64,000 bases of DNA from Auanema rhodensis (taxonomy: Eukaryota > Animalia > Nematoda), in assembly GCA_964057225.1 (NCBI GenBank), contig OZ059899.1:2604001-2668000 (forward strand), in the 5' to 3' direction. Positions 1 through 9,762 of this stretch are shown piece after piece (position 1 is the first letter of the stretch; every line of letters starts with the position of its first letter). The position numbers and the translations under genes were made by a program. A model generated the notes under the pieces. That model did no database searches and was not told the origin of the DNA. It saw nothing but the letters and a program-made list of their open reading frames with translations.

Positions 1-39
1 AGATTTGCGCTAGCTTAAAAATGCACCGAGATATCAACT

Positions 40-61
40 GATATAAGTTCACACTTATATC
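40..61. other. Perfect 9-bp inverted repeat with 4-nt loop (GATATAAGT-tcac-ACTTATATC), in most monomers
   Basis: p40-48 is the exact reverse complement of p53-61. It overlaps a second dyad, ATATCA-ac-TGATAT (p31-44). Confidence 0.9.
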
Positions 62-172
62 CTCGATTTTCACCCTGAAGAATTAATTTTTTCGTTGAAT
101 AACATTGTCCATCGTCTTTGCCTTGAAAAAAGGAATCTGAAAACATCTACTTTTCGCTAAATTATCTTGAAA

Positions 173-184
173 TTTTTCGAAAAA
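173..184. other. 12-bp perfect palindrome TTTTTCGAAAAA inside a longer imperfect A/T dyad, in almost every monomer
   Basis: Read directly. It is flanked by AAA/TTT, by ATTTTGA...TCAAAAT in T166 monomers, and by AAAAACAT (p139-146 in A139 monomers) / ATGTTTTT (p197-204). Confidence 0.9.
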
Positions 185-211
185 ATTTTTGTCAAAATGT
201 TTTTGGAAGCA

Positions 212-239
212 ATGTTGAGTGTACATGGAAACTCAACAT
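212..239. other. Perfect 9-bp inverted repeat with 10-nt spacer (ATGTTGAGT-gtacatggaa-ACTCAACAT)
   Basis: p212-220 is the exact reverse complement of p231-239. It was intact in all monomers read except the two carrying the insertion. Confidence 0.9.
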
Positions 240-322
240 ACACTAATGCATCATTTTTCAAACGATCATAACTAATTTTTGTATTAAGCGTTTCTCAATG
301 TAGTATAGTGCATTCGATGCGG

Positions 323-373
323 ATTTTTAAGCTGCGTCGATCTGTGTTATCAGATTTGCGCTAGCTTAAAAAT
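323..373. other. 51-bp imperfect palindrome spanning the arbitrary monomer boundary
   Basis: ATTTTTAAGCT (323-333) pairs with AGCTTAAAAAT (363-373) as a perfect 11-bp stem. Inward there is a 1-nt bulge, GCG/CGC, then ATCTG/CAGAT around the loop TGTTAT. Confidence 0.88.
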
Positions 374-636
374 GCACCAAGATATCAACTGATATAAGTT
401 CACACTTATATCCTCGATTTTCACCCTGAAGAATTATTTTTTTCGTTGAATAACGTTGTCCATCGTCTTCGCCTTGAAAAAAGGAATCTAAAAACATCTA
501 CTTTTTGCTAAATTATTTTTAAATTTTTCGAAAAAATTTTTGTCAAAATGTTTTTGGAAGCAATGTTGAGTGTACATGGAAACTCAACATACACTAATGC
601 ATCATTTTTCAAACGATCATAACTAATTTTTGTATT

Positions 637-3600
637 GAGCGTTTCTCAATGTAGTATAGTGCATTCAATGCGGATTTTTGAGCTGCGTCGATCTGTGTTA
701 TCAGATTTGCGCTAGCTTAAAAATGCACCGAGATATCAACTGATATAAGTTCACACTTATATCCTCGATTTTCACCCTGAAGAATTATTTTTTTCGTTGA
801 ATAACATTGTCCATCGTCTTTGCTTTGAAAAACAGAATCTAAAAACATCTACTTTTTGCTAAATTATTTTGAAATTTTTCGAAAAAAGTTTTGTCAAAAT
901 GTTTTTGGAAGCAATGTTGAGTGTACATGGAAACTCAACATACACTAATGCATCATTTTTCAAACGATCATAACTAATTTTTGTATTAAGCGTTTCTCAA
1001 TGTAGTATAGTGCATTCGATGCGGATTTTTGAGCTGCGTCGATCTGTGTTATCAGATTTGCGCTAGCTTAAAAATGCACCGAGATATCAACTGATATAAG
1101 TTCACACTTATATCCTCGATTTTCACCCTGAAGAATTAATTTTTTCGTTGAATAACATTGTCCATCGTCTTTGCCTTGAAAAACGGAATCTAAAAACATC
1201 TACTTTTCGCTAAATTATTTTGAAATTTTTCGAAAAAATTTTTGTCAAAATGTTTTTGGAAGCAATGTTGAGTGTACATGGAAACTCAACATACACTAAT
1301 GCATCATTTTTCAAACGATCATAACTAATTTTTGTATTAAGCGTTTCTCAATGTAGTATAGTGCATTCGATGCGGATTTTTAAGCTGCGTCGATCTGTGT
1401 TATCAGATTTGCGCTAGCTTAAAAAAGCACCGAGATATCAACTGATATAAGTTCACACTTATATCCTCGATTTTCACCCTGAAGAATTATTTTTTTCGTT
1501 GAATAACATTGTCCATCGTCTTTGCCTTGAAAAACGGAATCTAAAAACATCTACTTTTTGCTAAATTATTTTGAAATTTTTCGAAAAAATTTTTGTCAAA
1601 ATGTTTTTGGAAGCAATGTTGAGTGTACATGGAAACTCAACATACACTAATGCATCATTTTTCAAACGATCATAACTAATTTTTGTATTAAGCCTTTCTC
1701 AATGTAGTATAGTGCATTCGATGCGGATTTTTAAGCTGCGTCGATCTGTGTTATCAGATTTGCGCTAGCTTAAAAATGCACCGAGATATCAACTGATATA
1801 AGTTCACACTTATATCCTCGATTTTCACCCTGAAGAATTAATTTTTTCGTTGAATAACATTGTCCATCGTCTTTGCCTTGAAAAACGGAATCTAAAAACA
1901 TCTACTTTTCGCTGAATTATCTTGAAATTTTTCGAAAAAATTTTTGTCAAAATGTTTTTGGAAGCAATGTTGAGTGTACATGGAAACTCAACATACACTA
2001 ATGCATCATTTTTCAAACGATCATAACTAATTTTTGTATTAAGCGTTTCTCAATGTAGTATAGTGCATTCGATGCGGATTTTTAAGCTGCGTCGATCTGT
2101 GTTATCAGATTTGCGCTAGCTTAAAAATGCACCAAGATATCAACTGATATAAGTTCACACTTATATCCTCGATTTTCACCCTGAAGAATTATTTTTTTCG
2201 TTGAATAACATTGTCCATCGTCTTTGCTTTGAAAAACAGAATCTAAAAACATCTACTTTTCGCTGAATTATTTTGAAATTTTTCGAAAAAATTTTTGTCA
2301 AAATGTTTTTGGAAGCAATGTTGAGTGTACATGGAAACTCAACATACACTAATGCATCATTTTTCAAACGATCATAACTAATTTTTGTATTAAGCGTTTC
2401 TCAATGTAGTATAGTGCATTCGATGCGGATTTTTAAGGTGCGTCGATCTGTGTTATCAGATTTGCGCTAGCTTAAAAAAGCACCGAGATATCAACTGATA
2501 TAAGTTCACACTTATATCCTCGATTTTCACCCTGAAGAATTATTTTTTTCGTTGAATAACATTGTCCATCGTCTTTGCCTTGAAAAACGGAATCTAAAAA
2601 CATCTACTTTTTGCTAAATTATTTTGAAATTTTTCGAAAAAATTTTTGTCAAAATGTTTTTGGAAGCAATGTTGAGTGTACATGGAAACTCAACATACAC
2701 TAATGCATCATTTTTCAAACGATCATAACTAATTTTTGTATTGAGCGTTTCTCAATGTAGTATAGTGCATTCAATGCGGATTTTTGAGCTGCGTCGATCT
2801 GTGTTATCAGATTTGCGCTAGCTTAAAAATGCACCGAGATATCAACTGATATAAGTTCACACTTATATCCTCGATTTTCACCCTGAAGAATTATTTTTTT
2901 CGTTGAATAACATTGTCCATCGTCTTTGCTTTGAAAAACAGAATCTAAAAACATCTACTTTTTGCTAAATTATTTTGAAATTTTTCGAAAAAAGTTTTGT
3001 CAAAATGTTTTTGGAAGCAATGTTGAGTGTACATGGAAACTCAACATACACTAATGCATCATTTTTCAAACGATCATAACTAATTTTTGTATTAAGCGTT
3101 TCTCAATGTAGTATAGTGCATTCGATGCGGATTTTTGAGCTGCGTCGATCTGTGTTATCAGATTTGCGCTAGCTTAAAAATGCACCGAGATATCAACTGA
3201 TATAAGTTCACACTTATATCCTCGATTTTCACCCTGAAGAATTAATTTTTTCGTTGAATAACATTGTCCATCGTCTTTGCCTTGAAAAACGGAATCTAAA
3301 AACATCTACTTTTCGCTAAATTATTTTGAAATTTTTCGAAAAAATTTTTGTCAAAATGTTTTTGGAAGCAATGTTGAGTGTACATGGAAACTCAACATAC
3401 ACTAATGCATCATTTTTCAAACGATCATAACTAATTTTTGTATTAAGCGTTTCTCAATGTAGTATAGTGCATTCGATGCGGATTTTTAAGCTGCGTCGAT
3501 CTGTGTTATCAGATTTGCGCTAGCTTAAAAAAGCACCGAGATATCAACTGATATAAGTTCACACTTATATCCTCGATTTTCACCCTGAAGAATTATTTTT

Positions 3601-4848
3601 TTCGTTGAATAACATTGTCCATCGTCTTTGCCTTGAAAAACGGAATCTAAAAACATCTACTTTTTGCTAAATTATTTTGAAATTTTTCGAAAAAATTTTT
3701 GTCAAAATGTTTTTGGAAGCAATGTTGAGTGTACATGGAAACTCAACATACACTAATGCATCATTTTTCAAACGATCATAACTAATTTTTGTATTAAGCC
3801 TTTCTCAATGTAGTATAGTGCATTCGATGCGGATTTTTAAGCTGCGTCGATCTGTGTTATCAGATTTGCGCTAGCTTAAAAATGCACCGAGATATCAACT
3901 GATATAAGTTCACACTTATATCCTCGATTTTCACCCTGAAGAATTAATTTTTTCGTTGAATAACATTGTCCATCGTCTTTGCCTTGAAAAACGGAATCTA
4001 AAAACATCTACTTTTCGCTGAATTATCTTGAAATTTTTCGAAAAAATTTTTGTCAAAATGTTTTTGGAAGCAATGTTGAGTGTACATGGAAACTCAACAT
4101 ACACTAATGCATCATTTTTCAAACGATCATAACTAATTTTTGTATTAAGCGTTTCTCAATGTAGTATAGTGCATTCGATGCGGATTTTTAAGCTGCGTCG
4201 ATCTGTGTTATCAGATTTGCGCTAGCTTAAAAATGCACCAAGATATCAACTGATATAAGTTCACACTTATATCCTCGATTTTCACCCTGAAGAATTATTT
4301 TTTTCGTTGAATAACATTGTCCATCGTCTTTGCTTTGAAAAACAGAATCTAAAAACATCTACTTTTCGCTGAATTATTTTGAAATTTTTCGAAAAAATTT
4401 TTGTCAAAATGTTTTTGGAAGCAATGTTGAGTGTACATGGAAACTCAACATACACTAATGCATCATTTTTCAAACGATCATAACTAATTTTTGTATTAAG
4501 CGTTTCTCAATGTAGTATAGTGCATTCGATGCGGATTTTTAAGGTGCGTCGATCTGTGTTATCAGATTTGCGCTAGCTTAAAAAAGCACCGAGATATCAA
4601 CTGATATAAGTTCACACTTATATCCTCGATTTTCACCCTGAAGAATTATTTTTTTCGTTGATTAACATTGTCCATCGTCTTTGCCTTGAAAAACGGAATC
4701 TAAAAACATCTACTTTTTGCTAAATTATTTTGAAATTTTTCGAAAAAATTTTTGTCAAAATGTTTTTGGAAGCAATGTTGAGTGTACATGGAAACTCAAC
4801 ATACACTAATGCATCATTTTTCAAACGATCATAACTAATTTTTGTATT
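637..4848. repeat. Higher-order tandem duplication, 6 monomers (2106 bp) x2
   Basis: The G186 marker occurs at 888 and 2994. The ORF pair 1825/2176 recurs at 3931/4282. All offsets are 2106. Boundaries are approximate. Confidence 0.88.
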
Positions 4849-7800
4849 AAGCCTTTCTCAATGTAGTATAGTGCATTCGATGCGGATTTTTAAGCTGCGT
4901 CGATCTGTGTTATCAGATTTGCGCTAGCTTAAAAATGCACCGAGATATCAACTGATATAAGTTCACACTTATATCCTCGATTTTCACCCTGAAGAATTAA
5001 TTTTTTCGTTGAATAACATTGTCCATCGTCTTTGCCTTGAAAAACGGAATCTAAAAACATCTACTTTTCGCTGAATTATCTTGAAATTTTTCGAAAAAAT
5101 TTTTGTCAAAATGTTTTTGGAAGCAATGTTGAGTGTACATGGAAACTCAACATACACTAATGCATCATTTTTCAAACGATCATAACTAATTTTTGTATTA
5201 AGCGTTTCTCAATGTAGTATAGTGCATTCGATGCGGATTTTTGAGCTGCGTCGATCTGTGTTATCAGATTTGCGCTAGCTTGAAAATGCACCGAGATATC
5301 AACTGATATAAGTTCACACTTATATCCTCGATTTTCACCCTGAAGAATTAATTTTTTCGTTGAATAACATTGTCCATCGTCTTTGCCTTGAAAAAAGGAA
5401 TCTGAAAACATCTACTTTTCGCTAAATTATCTTGAAATTTTTTGAAAAAATTTTTGTCAAAATGTTTTTGGAAGCAATGTTGAGTGTACATGGAAACTCA
5501 ACATACACTAATGCATCATTTTTCAAACGATCATAACTAATTTTTGTATTAAGCGTTTCTCAATGTAGTATAGTGCATTCGATGCGGATTTTTAAGCTGC
5601 GTCGATCTGTGTTATCAGATTTGCGCTAGCTTAAAAATGCACCAAGATATCAACTGATATAAGTTCACACTTATATCCTCGATTTTCACCCTGAAGAATT
5701 ATTTTTTTCGTTGAATAACGTTGTCCATCGTCTTCGCCTTGAAAAAAGGAATCTAAAAACATCTACTTTTTGCTAAATTATTTTTAAATTTTTCGAAAAA
5801 ATTTTTGTCAAAATGTTTTTGGAAGCAATGTTGAGTGTACATGGAAACTCAACATACACTAATGCATCATTTTTCAAACGATCATAACTAATTTTTGTAT
5901 TAAGCGTTTCTCAATGTAGTATAGTGCATTCGATGCGGATTTTTGAGCTGCGTCGATCTGTGTTATCAGATTTGCGCTAGCTTAAAAATGCACCGAGATA
6001 TCAACTGATATAAGTTCACACTTATATCCTCGATTTTCACCCTGAAGAATTAATTTTTTCGTTGAATAACATTGTCCATCGTCTTTGCCTTGAAAAAAGG
6101 AATCTGAAAACATCTACTTTTCGCTAAATTATCTTGAAATTTTTCGAAAAAATTTTTGTCAAAATGTTTTTGGAAGCAATGTTGAGTGTACATGGAAACT
6201 CAACATACACTAATGCATCATTTTTCAAACGATCATAACTAATTTTTGTATTAAGCGTTTCTCAATGTAGTATAGTGCATTCGATGCGGATTTTTAAGCT
6301 GCGTCGATCTGTGTTATCAGATTTGCGCTAGCTTAAAAATGCACCAAGATATCAACTGATATAAGTTCACACTTATATCCTCGATTTTCACCCTGAAGAA
6401 TTATTTTTTTCGTTGAATAACGTTGTCCATCGTCTTCGCCTTGAAAAAAGGAATCTAAAAACATCTACTTTTTGCTAAATTATTTTTAAATTTTTCGAAA
6501 AAATTTTTGTCAAAATGTTTTTGGAAGCAATGTTGAGTGTACATGGAAACTCAACATACACTAATGCATCATTTTTCAAACGATCATAACTAATTTTTGT
6601 ATTGAGCGTTTCTCAATGTAGTATAGTGCATTCAATGCGGATTTTTGAGCTGCGTCGATCTGTGTTATCAGATTTGCGCTAGCTTAAAAATGCACCGAGA
6701 TATCAACTGATATAAGTTCACACTTATATCCTCGATTTTCACCCTGAAGAATTATTTTTTTCGTTGAATAACATTGTCCATCGTCTTTGCTTTGAAAAAC
6801 AGAATCTAAAAACATCTACTTTTTGCTAAATTATTTTGAAATTTTTCGAAAAAAGTTTTGTCAAAATGTTTTTGGAAGCAATGTTGAGTGTACATGGAAA
6901 CTCAACATACACTAATGCATCATTTTTCAAACGATCATAACTAATTTTTGTATTAAGCGTTTCTCAATGTAGTATAGTGCATTCGATGCGGATTTTTGAG
7001 CTGCGTCGATCTGTGTTATCAGATTTGCGCTAGCTTAAAAATGCACCGAGATATCAACTGATATAAGTTCACACTTATATCCTCGATTTTCACCCTGAAG
7101 AATTAATTTTTTCGTTGAATAACATTGTCCATCGTCTTTGCCTTGAAAAACGGAATCTAAAAACATCTACTTTTCGCTAAATTATTTTGAAATTTTTCGA
7201 AAAAATTTTTGTCAAAATGTTTTTGGAAGCAATGTTGAGTGTACATGGAAACTCAACATACACTAATGCATCATTTTTCAAACGATCATAACTAATTTTT
7301 GTATTAAGCGTTTCTCAATGTAGTATAGTGCATTCGATGCGGATTTTTAAGCTGCGTCGATCTGTGTTATCAGATTTGCGCTAGCTTAAAAAAGCACCGA
7401 GATATCAACTGATATAAGTTCACACTTATATCCTCGATTTTCACCCTGAAGAATTATTTTTTTCGTTGAATAACATTGTCCATCGTCTTTGCCTTGAAAA
7501 ACGGAATCTAAAAACATCTACTTTTTGCTAAATTATTTTGAAATTTTTCGAAAAAATTTTTGTCAAAATGTTTTTGGAAGCAATGTTGAGTGTACATGGA
7601 AACTCAACATACACTAATGCATCATTTTTCAAACGATCATAACTAATTTTTGTATTAAGCCTTTCTCAATGTAGTATAGTGCATTCGATGCGGATTTTTA
7701 AGCTGCGTCGATCTGTGTTATCAGATTTGCGCTAGCTTAAAAATGCACCGAGATATCAACTGATATAAGTTCACACTTATATCCTCGATTTTCACCCTGA

Positions 7801-9762
7801 AGAATTAATTTTTTCGTTGAATAACATTGTCCATCGTCTTTGCCTTGAAAAACGGAATCTAAAAACATCTACTTTTCGCTGAATTATCTTGAAATTTTTC
7901 GAAAAAATTTTTGTCAAAATGTTTTTGGAAGCAATGTTGAGTGTACATGGAAACTCAACATACACTAATGCATCATTTTTCAAACGATCATAACTAATTT
8001 TTGTATTAAGCGTTTCTCAATGTAGTATAGTGCATTCGATGCGGATTTTTAAGCTGCGTCGATCTGTGTTATCAGATTTGCGCTAGCTTAAAAATGCACC
8101 AAGATATCAACTGATATAAGTTCACACTTATATCCTCGATTTTCACCCTGAAGAATTATTTTTTTCGTTGAATAACATTGTCCATCGTCTTTGCTTTGAA
8201 AAACAGAATCTAAAAACATCTACTTTTCGCTGAATTATTTTGAAATTTTTCGAAAAAATTTTTGTCAAAATGTTTTTGGAAGCAATGTTGAGTGTACATG
8301 GAAACTCAACATACACTAATGCATCATTTTTCAAACGATCATAACTAATTTTTGTATTAAGCGTTTCTCAATGTAGTATAGTGCATTCGATGCGGATTTT
8401 TAAGGTGCGTCGATCTGTGTTATCAGATTTGCGCTAGCTTAAAAAAGCACCGAGATATCAACTGATATAAGTTCACACTTATATCCTCGATTTTCACCCT
8501 GAAGAATTATTTTTTTCGTTGAATAACATTGTCCATCGTCTTTGCCTTGAAAAACGGAATCTAAAAACATCTACTTTTTGCTAAATTATTTTGAAATTTT
8601 TCGAAAAAATTTTTGTCAAAATGTTTTTGGAAGCAATGTTGAGTGTACATGGAAACTCAACATACACTAATGCATCATTTTTCAAACGATCATAACTAAT
8701 TTTTGTATTAAGCCTTTCTCAATGTAGTATAGTGCATTCGATGCGGATTTTTAAGCTGCGTCGATCTGTGTTATCAGATTTGCGCTAGCTTAAAAATGCA
8801 CCGAGATATCAACTGATATAAGTTCACACTTATATCCTCGATTTTCACCCTGAAGAATTAATTTTTTCGTTGAATAACATTGTCCATCGTCTTTGCCTTG
8901 AAAAACAGAATCTAAAAACATCTACTTTTTGCTAAATTATTTTGAATTTTTTCGAAAAAATTTTTGTCAAAATGTTTTTGGAAGCAATGTTGAGTGTACA
9001 TGGAAACTCAACATACACTAATGCATCATTTTTCAAACGATCATAACTAATTTTTGTATTAAGCCTTTCTCAATGTAGTATAGTGCATTCGATGCGGATT
9101 TTTAAGCTGCGTCGATCTGTGTTATCAGATTTGCGCTAGCTTAAAAATGCACCGAGATATCAACTGATATAAGTTCACACTTATATCCTCGATTTTCACC
9201 CTGAAGAATTAATTTTTTCGTTGAATAACATTGTCCATCGTCTTTGCCTTGAAAAACGGAATCTAAAAACATCTACTTTTCGCTGAATTATCTTGAAATT
9301 TTTCGAAAAAATTTTTGTCAAAATGTTTTTGGAAGCAATGTTGAGTGTACATGGAAACTCAACATACACTAATGCATCATTTTTCAAACGATCATAACTA
9401 ATTTTTGTATTAAGCGTTTCTCAATGTAGTATAGTGCATTCGATGCGGATTTTTGAGCTGCGTCGATCTGTGTTATCAGATTTGCGCTAGCTTGAAAATG
9501 CACCGAGATATCAACTGATATAAGTTCACACTTATATCCTCGATTTTCACCCTGAAGAATTAATTTTTTCGTTGAATAACATTGTCCATCGTCTTTGCCT
9601 TGAAAAAAGGAATCTGAAAACATCTACTTTTCGCTAAATTATCTTGAAATTTTTCGAAAAAATTTTTGTCAAAATGTTTTTGGAAGCAATGTTGAGTGTA
9701 CATGGAAACTCAACATACACTAATGCATCATTTTTCAAACGATCATAACTAATTTTTGTATT

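Larger units (their letters stand above)
1..351 (+). repeat. Representative monomer (phase arbitrary), AT-rich
   Basis: Hand count gives 54 G + 59 C = 113/351 (32% GC) and 13 CpG. Each monomer has sites for NheI (p9-14), EcoRV (p30-35), BstBI (p176-181), BsrGI (p220-225) and NsiI (p246-251). Many A/T tracts of 4 nt or more. Confidence 0.98.

Noticed and set aside
40-70. Rho-independent terminator or bacterial promoter calls for hairpins next to T tracts
   Set aside because: The stems are AT-rich, there is no associated gene, and the context is satellite DNA.
90-134. CENP-B box-like motifs (TTTCGTTGAATAACATT; CTTCGCCTTGAAAAACGGA in some monomers)
   Set aside because: The first lacks the CGGG half. 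The second has the wrong spacing and CGGA. Neither fits NTTCGNNNNANNCGGGN.
75-239. Hammerhead ribozyme (CTGAAGA at p75-81 fits CUGANGA; GAAAC at p228-232 could form stem III with ATGTTGAGT), as known from newt, schistosome and cave-cricket satellites
   Set aside because: I could not build stems I and II, and the cleavage-site base would be G rather than H. An Infernal search with the Rfam hammerhead models would settle it.
1-351. Tandem 5S rRNA, tRNA, snRNA or spliced-leader gene unit
   Set aside because: No recognisable 5S, tRNA cloverleaf or snRNA/SL sequence was found on either strand by eye; no covariance search was run.
1-351. Internal ~175-bp dimer or ~88-bp subrepeat within the monomer
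   Set aside because: Only short TTTTCG/TTTTCA motifs recur, and the halves do not align convincingly by eye.
1-351. Assignment to a named satellite (Drosophila 359-bp 1.688 family, Tribolium ~340-360-bp satellites) or to a taxon
   Set aside because: Length and AT content are similar, but I cannot support sequence identity without a database search.
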